Shown here: positions 33,727 to 43,571 of the stretch, in pieces | Numbering within the stretch: the stretch's first letter is position 1 | Layout of the letters: the number at the start of each line of letters is the position of its first letter | NCBI RefSeq assembly: GCF_900105685.1 | Contig: NZ_LT629781.1 | Coordinates: forward strand, 3,396,611-3,460,610 | Source: Verrucomicrobium sp. GAS474 | GTDB taxonomy: Bacteria > Verrucomicrobiota > Verrucomicrobiia > Methylacidiphilales > GAS474 | Direction: 5' to 3' | DNA: 64,000 nt | The notes under the pieces: model-generated | Databases searched by the model: none | What the model was told of the DNA's origin: nothing | Seen by the model: the letters and a program-made list of their open reading frames with translations, nothing else | Made by a program: the position numbers and the translations under genes

Positions 33727-35025
33727 ATGATCGCACGCTATTCGCGGCCGGAAATGACGGCCATTTGGGAAGAAAAGACCAAACTCGACCATTGGCTCGA
33801 GATCGAGGTCCTCGCCGTCGAGGGGATGGCCAAGATCGGCCAGATCCCGGCCGCCGACGCCAAGACCGTCCGAGCCAAGGCCACCTACCGCGCCGCCCAG
33901 GTCCACGAGAACGAAAAGCGGACGAACCACGACGTCCTCGCCTTCCTCGAAGAAGTCGCCCACCACGTCGGCCCCGCCGGGCGCTGGATCCACCAGGGCC
34001 TCACCTCGTCCGACCTCCTCGACACCACCCTCGCCCTCCAGCTCGTCGCCGCCGCCGACATCCTCCTCGCCGACCTGAAGAGCCTCCGCAAGACCGTCGC
34101 CGCCAAGGCGAAGAAATACGCCCTCGTCCCGATGATCGGCCGTTCCCACGGCATCCACGCGGAGCCCCTCACCTACGGGCTGAAGCTCGCCCTCATGTAC
34201 GACGAGTTCGGCCGCTCCATCACCCGCCTCCAGGAGGCCCGCGCCCAGATCGCCGTCGGAAAGCTCTCCGGGGCCGTCGGCACCCACGCCCACCTCGATC
34301 CCCGCGTCGAGACCTACGTCTGCAAGAAGCTGAAACTGAAGGCCGCCGACCTCAGCACCCAGACCCTCCAGCGGGACCGGCACGCCCACTTCATGACGAC
34401 CCTCGCGCTCATCGCCTCGAGCGTCGACCGCTGGGCCACCGAATTCCGCCACCTCCAGCGGACCGAGGTCCTCGAGGTCGAGGAATACTTCGCCCCCGGG
34501 CAGAAGGGGAGCAGCGCCATGCCCCACAAGCGGAACCCGATCACCGGGGAAAAACTGAGCGGCCTCTCCCGCCTCATCCGCGGCCACGCCGTCGCCGCCC
34601 TGGAGAACGTCGCCCTCTGGCACGAGCGGGACATCTCCCACTCCTCCGTCGAGCGGATCATCTTCCCCGACGCCACGATCGCCCTCGACTACATGCTCGT
34701 CCTCCTCGACAAGATGATCGAGCGCCAGATCGTCTACCCGGAGAACATGAAGCGGAACATGGAGCTCACGAAGGGCCTCTACGGCTCCCAGAGCATCCTC
34801 CTCGCGCTGACCGACAAGGGGGCCGCCCGCCGCGACGCCTACGAGGCCGTCCAGAGCGCCGCCATGGACTGCTGGCGGACCCAGGAGCCCTTCATCGGCC
34901 ACGTGAAGAAGTCGGCGACCATCGCGAAGTACCTTTCCCCGAAGGAAATCGAGATCGCCTGCTCCCCGGCCAAACACTTCCGCCACGTCAAATCGACCTT
35001 CAAGAAACTCGGTATCACCAAATAA
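33727..35025 (+). CDS. purB: Adenylosuccinate lyase
   Basis: 432 aa; fumarate-lyase family signature GSSAMPHKRNP, collinear with PurB. Confidence 0.95.
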   Translation: MIARYSRPEMTAIWEEKTKLDHWLEIEVLAVEGMAKIGQIPAADAKTVRAKATYRAAQVHENEKRTNHDVLAFLEEVAHHVGPAGRWIHQGLTSSDLLDTTLALQLVAAADILLADLKSLRKTVAAKAKKYALVPMIGRSHGIHAEPLTYGLKLALMYDEFGRSITRLQEARAQIAVGKLSGAVGTHAHLDPRVETYVCKKLKLKAADLSTQTLQRDRHAHFMTTLALIASSVDRWATEFRHLQRTEVLEVEEYFAPGQKGSSAMPHKRNPITGEKLSGLSRLIRGHAVAALENVALWHERDISHSSVERIIFPDATIALDYMLVLLDKMIERQIVYPENMKRNMELTKGLYGSQSILLALTDKGAARRDAYEAVQSAAMDCWRTQEPFIGHVKKSATIAKYLSPKEIEIACSPAKHFRHVKSTFKKLGITK

Positions 35026-35039
35026 CAGGAACCATCATC

Positions 35040-35495
35040 ATGATCGCCCGCATCATCGTCACCCCGAAGAAGAGCGTCCTCGACCCCCAGGGCGAGGCCG
35101 TCCGCCGCGCCATCCACTCCCTCGGCTTCGACGCCGTCTCCTCCGCCCGCATCGGCAAGTACATCGAGCTCGAAGTCTCCGGCAACAACGTCGAGGCGCT
35201 CCGCAAGAAGCTCGACGAGATCAGCGGCGACCTCCTCTCGAACCCCGTCGTCGAGGACTACACCCTCCAGCTCGAGGGCGTCGCCTCACCCGCCAAGGTC
35301 GAAGCCAAGCCCAAGACCGCCGCCGTCCCCGTCGCCAAGGTCGAGAAAGCCAAGCCCGCCCCGGTCAAGACGAAGCCCGCCGTCGTCAAGATCCCCAAGG
35401 CCGTGAAGGTCGCCAAAGCCGCCAAGCCCGCCGCCCCGGCGAAGAAGGCCGCGCCCGCCCCGGCCCCCGCCAAGAAAACGGCGAAGAAGAAGTAG
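35040..35495 (+). CDS. purS: Phosphoribosylformylglycinamidine synthase subunit PurS with a Lys/Ala/Pro-rich C-terminal tail
   Basis: First ~80 aa (MIARIIVTPKKSVLDPQGEAV...) are canonical PurS; last ~70 aa are AKP/KKA repeats resembling histone H1-like tails. Start taken at the internal Met of ORF 33765..35495. Confidence 0.85.
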   Translation: MIARIIVTPKKSVLDPQGEAVRRAIHSLGFDAVSSARIGKYIELEVSGNNVEALRKKLDEISGDLLSNPVVEDYTLQLEGVASPAKVEAKPKTAAVPVAKVEKAKPAPVKTKPAVVKIPKAVKVAKAAKPAAPAKKAAPAPAPAKKTAKKK

Positions 35496-35540
35496 CCCGC
35501 AACGAAGCAAGCAACCCTCCCCTCAACCTCACCAAAACAG

Positions 35541-36236
35541 ATGCGCTGGGCCATCCTCCAATTCCCCGGGTCGAACTGCGACCAGGACTGCCACCACGTC
35601 CTCAAGAACGTCCTCGGGCAGGACGCCTACACCGTCTGGCACAAGGAGGAAAACCTCCGCGACGCCGACGCCGTCATCGTCCCCGGCGGCTTTTCCTACG
35701 GCGATTACCTCCGCTGCGGCGCCATCGCCCGGTTCTCCCCCGCGATGAAGGCCGTGAAGGAAGCCGCCGCCAAGGGCAAGCCGGTCCTCGGCATCTGCAA
35801 CGGCTTCCAGATCCTCACCGAGGCGGGCCTCCTCCCCGGCGCGCTCCTGCGCAACCGGGACCAGCACTTCCGCTGCGAGACCGTCCGCCTCCGCGTCGAG
35901 CGGCCCGACTCCCTCGTCACCCGCCACTACCTCACCGGCCAGACCCTTGAGATCCCGATCGCCCACGGCGAGGGGAACTACTACGCGGACGACGCCACCC
36001 TGAAGGCGCTCCGCAGCAAGGGCCAGATCCTCTTCACCTACGTCGACGCCGCCGGCAAGGCGACCGACGAGGCGAACCCCAACGGCTCCCGCCTGAACAT
36101 CGCGGGAATCTGCAACGAGGCCGGCAACGTCGTCGGCCTCATGCCCCATCCCGAGCGGGCCGCCGAGGCCGTCCTCGGCTCGACCGACGGCCTCGCCTTC
36201 TTCCAGTCGGCGATCGAAGTCCTTTCCAAGAACTAA
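35541..36236 (+). CDS. purQ: Phosphoribosylformylglycinamidine synthase subunit PurQ (glutamine amidotransferase)
   Basis: 231 aa; class-I GATase with catalytic Cys in GICNGFQIL and His in MPHPER. Confidence 0.9.
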   Translation: MRWAILQFPGSNCDQDCHHVLKNVLGQDAYTVWHKEENLRDADAVIVPGGFSYGDYLRCGAIARFSPAMKAVKEAAAKGKPVLGICNGFQILTEAGLLPGALLRNRDQHFRCETVRLRVERPDSLVTRHYLTGQTLEIPIAHGEGNYYADDATLKALRSKGQILFTYVDAAGKATDEANPNGSRLNIAGICNEAGNVVGLMPHPERAAEAVLGSTDGLAFFQSAIEVLSKN

Positions 36237-36257
36237 CGTCCTTTCCCCTTTCCTCCT

Positions 36258-38585
36258 ATGCCCACGAGCAAGAGCAGCACGAAGAAAACGCCCGCCCCGA
36301 AGGCCACCACGAACGCCAGCGGCAACCCCGCCATGCCCGAGGCCGTCATCGCGAAACACGGCCTCACCGCCGAGGAATACGAGCACGTCGTGAAGATCCT
36401 CGGGCGGCACCCGAACATCACCGAGCTCGGCATCTTCTCCGTCATGTGGAGCGAGCATTGCTCCTACAAGAACTCCCGCCCCGAGCTGCGGAACTTCCCC
36501 ACCACCGGCCCCACCGTCCTCGTGAAGGCGGGCGACGAGAACGCGGGCGTCATCGACATCGGCGACGGCTGGGCCGTCGCCTTCAAGATCGAGTCGCACA
36601 ACCACCCGAGCGCCGTCGAGCCCTTCCAGGGCGCGGCGACCGGCGTCGGCGGCATCCTGCGGGACATCTTCACCATGGGGGCCCGCCCGGTCTTCAACCT
36701 GAACTCCCTCCGCTTCGGCGAGATCCGGGGCGATTCCCCCGCCGCCAAGCACAACCGCCGCCTCTTCAGCGGCGTCGTCAGCGGCATCGCCCACTACGGC
36801 AATTGCATCGGCGTCCCGACCATCGGCGGCGAGGTCCAGTTCGATCCCTCCTACGAGGGGAACCCCCTCGTCAACGCCTTCTCCCTCGGCATCCTCCGGC
36901 ACGACCAGATCCGCCTGGGCAAGGCCTCCGGCCTCGGCAACCCCGTCTTCTACGTCGGCGCCCGCACCGGCCGCGACGGCCTGGCGGGTGCCGCCTTCGC
37001 CTCCCGCGATTTGACCGAGGACTCCAAGGCCGACCGCCCCGCCGTCCAGGTCGGCGATCCCTTCATGGAGAAGCTCCTCCTCGAGGCCTGCCTCGAACTC
37101 TTCAAGCATCCCGAGGCCGTCGTCGGCGTCCAGGACATGGGCGCGGCGGGCCTCACCTGCTCCACCTGCGAGACCGCGAGCCGCGGCGGCACCGGCATCG
37201 AGATCGACCTCCAGTACGTCCCCCAGCGCGAGGCGAACATGACCCCCTACGAGATCATGCTCTCCGAGTCGCAGGAGCGGATGCTCATTATCGTCCGCAA
37301 GGGCTTCGAGGCCGAGGTGAAGGCGATCTTCGAGAAGTGGGACCTCCCCGTCGCCGAGATCGGCAAGGTCACCGACGACGGCATCATGCGCGTGAAATTC
37401 CACGGCATCACCGTCGCGGAGATCTCCGCCGCCTCCCTCACCGACGAGGCCCCCATCTACTACCGCGAGTCGAAGATGCCCGAGCACCAGGCCGAGCTGA
37501 ACCGCTTCGACCTCGGCATGACGCCCGAGCCTTCCGACTACAAGAAAACCCTCCTCGACCTGATTTCCGCGCCGAGCCTCGCCTCGAAGCGGTGGGTCTA
37601 CCGGCAGTATGACCACATGGTCCGCCTCGGTGCCGCCGTCCCCCCGGGCAGCGACGCCGCCGTCTTCCGCGTCGTCACCGAGGAAGGCGCGAAGCCGAAG
37701 TTCCTCGCCGCCACCGTCGATTGCACCGCCCGCTACTGCCTCCTCGATCCCCGCCGCGGCGGCGAGATCGCCGTCGCCGAGGCCGCGCGGAACCTCGCCG
37801 TCACCGGAGCCCTCCCCATCGGCGTCACCGACAACCTCAACTTCGGCAACCCACACAACCCGGCGATCTTCTGGCAGCTGAAGGAATCGGTCCAGGGCAT
37901 CTCCCACGCCTGCCGCTTCTTCGACGTCCCCGTCACCGGCGGCAACGTCAGCCTCTACAACCAGTCCCCCGCCGGGGCCGTCGACCCCACGCCCACGATC
38001 GGCATGGTCGGCGTCATCGAGGACGAGAAGCACATCACCACCGCCGACTTCAAGAACGAGGGGGACCAGATCGTCCTCCTCGGCGGCTTCGGCTGGGAAA
38101 TGGCCGGGACCATCTACGCCCAGGAGATCCACGGCGTGAAGCGCGGCTTCGCCCCCCTCCTCGACCTCGGCCGGGAGAAGCACCTCCACCACACCGTCGT
38201 CGAGCTGATCAAGAAGGGCTGGGTCCGCAGCGCCCACGACGTCAGCGAGGGCGGCCTCGGCCTCGCCCTGGCCGAATCGTGCCTCGGCTCCCCCTCGAAG
38301 TCGCCCTCCCAGCCCGGCCTCGGCGCCATCGTCGACCTCCCCTGGGACCAGCGCCTCGACATCACCCTCTTCAACGAGACCCAGAGCCGCATCATCCTCT
38401 CGGTCTCCAGCGAGAGCCTCGGCGCGGTGCTGGCCGAATGCGACGCCGCGGGCGTCCCCGCCCAGCGGATCGGCGTCGTCGGCGGGAAAGACCTCGTCCT
38501 CCACTACCGGGAACAGACCCTCTCCTGGCCCCTCCCCGAGCTGGAAACGGCCTGGGGCGAGAGCCTCGACCGGATCATGGCCTAA
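36258..38585 (+). CDS. purL: Phosphoribosylformylglycinamidine synthase subunit PurL
   Basis: 775 aa; AIRS-domain motifs ([20 protein letters not shown]), collinear with small PurL; completes the purB-purS-purQ-purL cluster. Confidence 0.95.
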   Translation: MPTSKSSTKKTPAPKATTNASGNPAMPEAVIAKHGLTAEEYEHVVKILGRHPNITELGIFSVMWSEHCSYKNSRPELRNFPTTGPTVLVKAGDENAGVIDIGDGWAVAFKIESHNHPSAVEPFQGAATGVGGILRDIFTMGARPVFNLNSLRFGEIRGDSPAAKHNRRLFSGVVSGIAHYGNCIGVPTIGGEVQFDPSYEGNPLVNAFSLGILRHDQIRLGKASGLGNPVFYVGARTGRDGLAGAAFASRDLTEDSKADRPAVQVGDPFMEKLLLEACLELFKHPEAVVGVQDMGAAGLTCSTCETASRGGTGIEIDLQYVPQREANMTPYEIMLSESQERMLIIVRKGFEAEVKAIFEKWDLPVAEIGKVTDDGIMRVKFHGITVAEISAASLTDEAPIYYRESKMPEHQAELNRFDLGMTPEPSDYKKTLLDLISAPSLASKRWVYRQYDHMVRLGAAVPPGSDAAVFRVVTEEGAKPKFLAATVDCTARYCLLDPRRGGEIAVAEAARNLAVTGALPIGVTDNLNFGNPHNPAIFWQLKESVQGISHACRFFDVPVTGGNVSLYNQSPAGAVDPTPTIGMVGVIEDEKHITTADFKNEGDQIVLLGGFGWEMAGTIYAQEIHGVKRGFAPLLDLGREKHLHHTVVELIKKGWVRSAHDVSEGGLGLALAESCLGSPSKSPSQPGLGAIVDLPWDQRLDITLFNETQSRIILSVSSESLGAVLAECDAAGVPAQRIGVVGGKDLVLHYREQTLSWPLPELETAWGESLDRIMA

Positions 38586-38600
38586 GAGATCCTCGCCGAC

Positions 38601-38635
38601 AAAAAGGGCGTCCCGGAACGGGACGCCCTTTTTGT
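38601..38635. terminator. Bidirectional rho-independent terminator between purL and rbfA
   Basis: AAAAA-GGGCGTCCCG-GAA-CGGGACGCCC-TTTTT: perfect 10-bp GC-rich stem, 3-nt loop, flanked by A and T runs. Confidence 0.8.
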
Positions 38636-38646
38636 TGAAAAAACGA

Positions 38647-39021
38647 TTACTGCTGCGGGCTCCGTAGCGCCTCTTCCCGCGCCTTCTGCCGCTCGATCTC
38701 CTCGAGGACCGAGAGGACGCGGTCGCCCCGCTCCTGGCCGTTGTCGAAATCGAAGTGGAGGCGCGGGGTGAACTTCGCGCTGATCCGCTTGCCGAGCTCG
38801 TGCTGCCACTCGCCCTTGCAGCGGTTGAGGAGGCCGAGGGCCTTCCCCTTGGAGACCTCCTGCTCGATCATGCTCAGATAGACGTAGGCATGCTTCATGT
38901 CGGGGCTGGTCTCGACCGCGATGATCGTCAACAGGAGGCCCTCCAGCTTGTTTTCCCGCAGCATCAAGGTGCTCAATTCCCGCCGGATGACTTCCGACAT
39001 TCTCTCCGTCCGTTCGCTCAT
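38647..39021 (-). CDS. rbfA: Ribosome-binding factor A
   Basis: 124 aa; KH-like RbfA pattern (RTERMSEVIRRELSTLM..., ...HAYVYLS..., ...PRLHFDFD...). Confidence 0.8.
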   Translation of the reverse strand: MSERTERMSEVIRRELSTLMLRENKLEGLLLTIIAVETSPDMKHAYVYLSMIEQEVSKGKALGLLNRCKGEWQHELGKRISAKFTPRLHFDFDNGQERGDRVLSVLEEIERQKAREEALRSPQQ

Positions 39022-39090
39022 ATTCCCACTCTACCTCCCCCCGCCAGGGTTGCCAACCCCTAGTGTCTGGGCTTTAATGCCAGCTCCCTT

Positions 39091-40644
39091 ATGTCCCAGC
39101 AGCCCAAGCCCCAGCAGCAGCAAAACGCCAAACCGGCGACCGCCATCACCCCCACCCGCCAGGCCGATTTCCCCGAGTGGTACCAGCAGGTGATCGCCGC
39201 CGCCGACATGGCGGAGAACTCCGAAGTCCGCGGCTGCATGGTGATCAAGCCGTGGGGCTACGGCATCTGGGAACTCATCCAGGCCCAGCTCGACGTCCGC
39301 ATCAAGGCGACGGGCCACAAAAACGCCTACTTCCCCATGTTCATCCCCCTCTCCTACCTGGAGAAAGAGGCGAAGCACGTCGAGGGCTTCGCGAAGGAAT
39401 GCGCCGTCGTCACCCACCACCGCCTCGAGGCCGGTCCCGACGGAAAGCTCGTCCCCACGGGGAAGCTCGCCGAGCCGCTCGTCGTCCGCCCCACCTCGGA
39501 GACGATCATCGGCGCGGCCTACAGCCGCTGGGTCCAGTCCTACCGCGATCTCCCGATCCTGATCAACCAGTGGGCCAACGTCGTCCGCTGGGAGCTCCGC
39601 CCCCGCCTCTTCCTCCGCACGGCGGAGTTCCTCTGGCAGGAAGGCCACACCGCCCACGAGACCGCCGAGGAGGCCGTGATCGAGACGGAAAAGATGCTCC
39701 GCGAGTACGAGGCCTTCGCCAAGGAGCACCTCGCCCTTCCCGTCCTCACGGGAGAGAAGTCGGAGAACGAGCGTTTCCCCGGCGCCCTCCGCACCCTCTG
39801 CATCGAGGCGATGGTCCAGGACCGCAAGGCCGTCCAGGCCGGGACCTCTCACTTCCTCGGCCAGAACTTCGCCAAGGCCTACGAGATCAAGTTCCTCGGC
39901 CGCGAGAAGAAGCTGGAGCACGCCTGGACGACGAGCTGGGGCGTCAGCACCCGCCTCATCGGCACCATGATCATGGCCCATAGCGACGACGACGGCCTCG
40001 TCCTCCCGCCCCGCGTCGCCCCCACCCAGATCGTCATCATCCCCGTCATCCCGAAGGACGACCAGAAGGACGCCGTCCTCGACGCCTGCTACAAACTCGC
40101 CGCCGAGCTCCGCGCCCAGACCTACGCGGGCGAGCCCGTCCGGGTCGAAGTCGACAACCGCGACACCGGCGGCAGCTCCAAGGGCTGGGAGTGGATCAAG
40201 AAAGGCGTCCCCCTCCGCGCCGAGATCGGGCCGCGCGACCTCGCCGCCGGGACCGCCTTCGTCGGTCGCCGCGACAAGGGCGTGAAGGAAAAGAGCGGCA
40301 TCCCCCTCGCCGACCTCGTCGCCCACATCGGAACGACCCTCACCGAGATCCAGGCCGCCCTCTACGCCCGCGCCGAGGCCAACCTCCGCGAGCACACCCG
40401 GAAGATCGACACGAAGGAGGAATTCTACGCCTTCTTCACCCCGCAGAACCCCGACAAGCCCGAGATCCACGGCGGCTTCGCCCTCACCCACTTCGCGGGC
40501 GACACCGCGCTGGAAGAGAAACTGAAGGAAGACCTGAAGGTCACCATCCGGTGCATCCCCTTCGAGGAAAATCCCGAAGGCGGCACCTGCCCCTTCACCG
40601 GCCAGCCGAGCAAGCAGCGGGTCGTCTTCGCGAAGTCGTATTGA
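39091..40644 (+). CDS. proS: Proline--tRNA ligase, archaeal/eukaryotic-type (class II, no editing insertion)
   Basis: 517 aa; class-II aaRS motifs 2 and 3, anticodon-binding domain and C-terminal zinc-binding domain (CIPFEE...CPFTG); N-terminal Gln-rich leader. Confidence 0.9.
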   Translation: MSQQPKPQQQQNAKPATAITPTRQADFPEWYQQVIAAADMAENSEVRGCMVIKPWGYGIWELIQAQLDVRIKATGHKNAYFPMFIPLSYLEKEAKHVEGFAKECAVVTHHRLEAGPDGKLVPTGKLAEPLVVRPTSETIIGAAYSRWVQSYRDLPILINQWANVVRWELRPRLFLRTAEFLWQEGHTAHETAEEAVIETEKMLREYEAFAKEHLALPVLTGEKSENERFPGALRTLCIEAMVQDRKAVQAGTSHFLGQNFAKAYEIKFLGREKKLEHAWTTSWGVSTRLIGTMIMAHSDDDGLVLPPRVAPTQIVIIPVIPKDDQKDAVLDACYKLAAELRAQTYAGEPVRVEVDNRDTGGSSKGWEWIKKGVPLRAEIGPRDLAAGTAFVGRRDKGVKEKSGIPLADLVAHIGTTLTEIQAALYARAEANLREHTRKIDTKEEFYAFFTPQNPDKPEIHGGFALTHFAGDTALEEKLKEDLKVTIRCIPFEENPEGGTCPFTGQPSKQRVVFAKSY

Positions 40645-40655
40645 TGCGGCGAAGC

Positions 40656-40674
40656 CGTTTGTGATACAAACGGA
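40656..40674 (+). terminator. Hairpin downstream of proS (CCGTTTG-TGATA-CAAACGG), possible terminator
   Basis: 7-bp perfect inverted repeat 12 nt after the stop; no U tract. Confidence 0.25.
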
Positions 40675-40676
40675 GT

Positions 40677-40937
40677 GTGAGGACCCCTCCCACATGTTCG
40701 CCGCTTCGGCTTGCGGGAGCTTTCGCGCTCTTCAGCGTCTTGCCGCTCGCAGGGTGCGCCTCCTCCCATGCCGATAACACGGTCTCGCCGTGGAGTAGCG
40801 CCACCAGCTCCAATGACGATTTCTCGGGACGCAGTTCCTCCACCTCGGGGGGAGGCCCCGATGTGGCCGGAGGCCTTCTCCACGCCTTGGCCAGCCCCAG
40901 CATGGCCAGCATGCTCAATGGATTGAAGGGGAAGTAG
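40677..40937 (+). CDS. Putative small lipoprotein
   Basis: 86 aa; signal peptide ending in lipobox LAGC, Ser-rich mature part; weak support. Confidence 0.3.
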   Translation: MRTPPTCSPLRLAGAFALFSVLPLAGCASSHADNTVSPWSSATSSNDDFSGRSSSTSGGGPDVAGGLLHALASPSMASMLNGLKGK

Positions 40938-40986
40938 GCCCGGCCCCGGGATTGCCTTCCCCTCCCGAGCGCCTACCTTCTTTACC

Positions 40987-42015
40987 ATGAGCAGCACCCC
41001 CATCCGCGCCTTCGCAGCTCCCTCAGCCGGAGCCCCCCTCCAGCCCTTCTCCTTCGATCCCGGCCCGCTCGGCGCGTCCGAGGTCGAGATCGCCGTCAGC
41101 CATTGCGGCGTCTGCCACTCCGATCTCTCGATGCTCGACAACGAGTGGGGGATGACCGCCTATCCCTTCGTCCCCGGCCACGAGGCCGTCGGCACCGTCC
41201 TCGCCCTCGGCTCCGAGGCGCAGGGGAAGGGGCTGAAGATCGGCCAGCGCGTCGGCATCGGCTGGACGGCCAACAGCTGCATGTCGTGCCCCCAGTGCCT
41301 CTCGGGCAGCCATAATCTCTGCACCACCGCCCAGCCAACCATCGGCGGCCGCCACGGCGGCTTCGCCGAACGGCTCCGCGCCCATTGGGCCTGGACCCGT
41401 CCGATGCCCGAGGCCCTCGATCCCGCGAAATCGGGCCCCCTGCTCTGCGGCGGCATCACCGTCTTCGACCCGTTCCTCTCCTTCAACATCTCCCCTACGG
41501 CACGCGTCGGCATCATCGGGATCGGCGGCCTCGGCCACATGGCCCTCCAGTTCGCGAACAAATGGGGCTGCGAGGTCCACGCCTTCACGACGAGCGACAG
41601 CAAGGAAGCCGAGGCCCGGCAGATGGGCGCTCACTTCGTCCACAACACAAAGAAAGCCGACGCGCTGAAGTCCCTGGCCGGGAGCCTCGACCTCATCCTG
41701 TCGACGATCAACGCCCCCCAGGACGACAACGCCCTCCTCTCCACCCTCGCCCCGAAGGGCCGCCTCCACGTCGTCGGCGCCGTCCTGAAGCCGCTGGAGA
41801 TCCCCGCCTTCAGCCTCATCATGGGACAGAAGGAAGTCTCCGGCTCCCCCACCGGAAGCCCCGTCGCGATGAGCCGGATGCTCGACTTCGCCGCCCGCCA
41901 CGCCATCGCGCCGGTCACCGAGACCTTCCCGCTCTCGAAGGTCAACGAGGCCCTCGACCATCTCCGCTCCGGCAAGGCCCGCTACCGGATCGTGCTGGTG
42001 AACGACCTCGCTTGA
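40987..42015 (+). CDS. Zinc-dependent NAD(P)-dependent alcohol dehydrogenase (YahK/cinnamyl-ADH-like)
   Basis: 342 aa; catalytic Zn (GVCHSDL, GHE), structural Zn (CMSCPQCLSGSHNLC), Rossmann GIIGIGGLGH. Confidence 0.85.
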   Translation: MSSTPIRAFAAPSAGAPLQPFSFDPGPLGASEVEIAVSHCGVCHSDLSMLDNEWGMTAYPFVPGHEAVGTVLALGSEAQGKGLKIGQRVGIGWTANSCMSCPQCLSGSHNLCTTAQPTIGGRHGGFAERLRAHWAWTRPMPEALDPAKSGPLLCGGITVFDPFLSFNISPTARVGIIGIGGLGHMALQFANKWGCEVHAFTTSDSKEAEARQMGAHFVHNTKKADALKSLAGSLDLILSTINAPQDDNALLSTLAPKGRLHVVGAVLKPLEIPAFSLIMGQKEVSGSPTGSPVAMSRMLDFAARHAIAPVTETFPLSKVNEALDHLRSGKARYRIVLVNDLA

Positions 42016-42056
42016 GCAGCGAAAGCGGGTGATTAAGTGTTTTTACCCATCGCCTC

Positions 42057-42392
42057 TTGCCTCACCCCCTTTCACGGGGTATAACTAGGACACACGTGAG
42101 CCCCACCCCTTCCAAATCGGAGCACCCCCACAGCGAAGCCGTCGTCGTCCTCCTTCGGGCTTTCGGCCTCCTCGCCTTCACCACCACCGATGGCCGCGTC
42201 GGGATCTCGCGCGACTCGATGTTCGCCCTCTTCGGCGAGCCCGACCGGTACGAAGGGCATTACGACAAGGTGCCCAAGCTGGCGCGCCTCGAGTGCATCG
42301 CCGACAACGTCGATTGGGATTGGGTCGAGGCGGATCAGGAAAACGGCTACCTCGCGCCGACCTTCCACACCGTCTTCACCGTCGAACGGTAA
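42057..42392 (+). CDS. Hypothetical small protein
   Basis: 111 aa ORF with reasonable codon usage; no motif assignment. Confidence 0.3.
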   Translation: MPHPLSRGITRTHVSPTPSKSEHPHSEAVVVLLRAFGLLAFTTTDGRVGISRDSMFALFGEPDRYEGHYDKVPKLARLECIADNVDWDWVEADQENGYLAPTFHTVFTVER

Positions 42393-42410
42393 AGCGTTCC
42401 CCCTTCTTTC

Positions 42411-43412
42411 CTACGCCTTCAGCTCGAAGGAGAGCGGCTTCCCGGCCTCGAAGGCCGTGATATTTCCCAGCGTCGTCCCGGCGATTCCTCCCAGCGCCTC
42501 TTCGGTCAGGAAGGCCTGGTGTGCCGTGATCAGGACGTTAGGGAAGGTCAGCAACCGCGCCAGCACGTCGTCCTGCAGGACCTCGTTCGAGAGGTCGCGG
42601 AAGAAGAGGTCTTCCTCCTCCTCGTAGACGTCGAGGGCCGCGCCGCCGATCCGCTTCCGCTTCAGCGCGTCGGAGAGCGCCGACGCATCGATCAACGCCC
42701 CGCGGCTCGTGTTCACGATGATCACCGAGGGCTTCACCTTCTCCAGCGCCTCGGCGTTGATGAGGTGGAAGGTCTCCTTGAAAAGCGGCACGTGGAGGGA
42801 AATCACATCGGCCTCGGCGTAGAGACGATCGAGGGAGACGTACTCGATCCCCGTCTCGGCGATGAGCGGCTGATTCGGGTAGGCGTCGTAACCGAGGAGG
42901 CGGCAGCCGAAGCCCTTCGCGATCCGCGTGAAGGCGGCCCCGATCTTCCCCGTCCCGATCACCCCCACCGTCTTCCCGTGGAGATCGAAGCCGACCAGTC
43001 CGTCGAGGGAGAAGTTCCCATCCCGCACCCGGTTATAGGCCCGGGGCAGCTTCCGGTTCAGCGCCATCAGGAGCCCCATCGCATGCTCCGCGACCGAGTA
43101 GGGGGAATACTCCGGCACCCGCACCACGCGGATCCCGGCCTCCCCCGCCGCATTGAGGTCGACGTTGTTGAATCCCGCGCAACGGAGCGCGATCAGCCGC
43201 GTCCCCCCCTTCGCCAGGAGGGCGATTGCCGCCGCATCGAGGCGGTCGTGAACGAAGACGCAGACCACCGGGAACCCCTCGGCGAGGGCCGCCGTCTGGG
43301 CCGTCAGCATCGGCTCGAAGAAGGAGAGCTCATGCCCCAGCGCGCCCCCGACATTCGCCTTCTCCAAGGCTTCGCGTTCAAACCGGTGGGTGTCGAAGAC
43401 GGCGATTTTCAT
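42411..43412 (-). CDS. ldhA: D-isomer-specific 2-hydroxyacid dehydrogenase (D-lactate dehydrogenase-like)
   Basis: 333 aa; GVIGTGKIGAAFTRIAKGFG NAD-binding, catalytic His/Glu/Arg, collinear with LdhA/FDH-family. Confidence 0.85.
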   Translation of the reverse strand: MKIAVFDTHRFEREALEKANVGGALGHELSFFEPMLTAQTAALAEGFPVVCVFVHDRLDAAAIALLAKGGTRLIALRCAGFNNVDLNAAGEAGIRVVRVPEYSPYSVAEHAMGLLMALNRKLPRAYNRVRDGNFSLDGLVGFDLHGKTVGVIGTGKIGAAFTRIAKGFGCRLLGYDAYPNQPLIAETGIEYVSLDRLYAEADVISLHVPLFKETFHLINAEALEKVKPSVIIVNTSRGALIDASALSDALKRKRIGGAALDVYEEEEDLFFRDLSNEVLQDDVLARLLTFPNVLITAHQAFLTEEALGGIAGTTLGNITAFEAGKPLSFELKA

Positions 43413-43469
43413 TCCTTATTTTAGGAAGATCGCCCTCCCGCCGTAAAGGGGCATTCCGCCGCACCTCGC

Positions 43470-43571
43470 CTATTCGTCCCTCAGCACATAGAGCCGCATC
43501 CCGTTGACCTCGACCGCGAGGCGGTAGCGCCGCTCGATCTCGTCCCTCAGTTCGGGGAACGTCTCCATGCC
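43470..43571 (-). pseudogene. Degenerate duplicated copy of the 3' terminus of the adjacent glycosyltransferase gene
   Basis: Peptide MGMETFPELRDEIERRYRLAVEVNGMRLYVLRDE parallels the real C-terminus DSFPELAAYVEAHYRLVTEIDDVRIYLLR encoded ~100 bp upstream, in a different frame. Confidence 0.35.

Noticed and set aside
33670-33727. Possible purine or ZTP riboswitch upstream of purB
   Set aside because: The leader is only ~75 bp after the repeat element and lacks the conserved purine or pfl-motif core sequences
40425-41141. 238-aa minus-strand ORF spanning the proS/ADH intergenic region
   Set aside because: Overlaps the start of the well-supported ADH gene in antisense and has no motifs; the short + strand lipoprotein ORF is more plausible there
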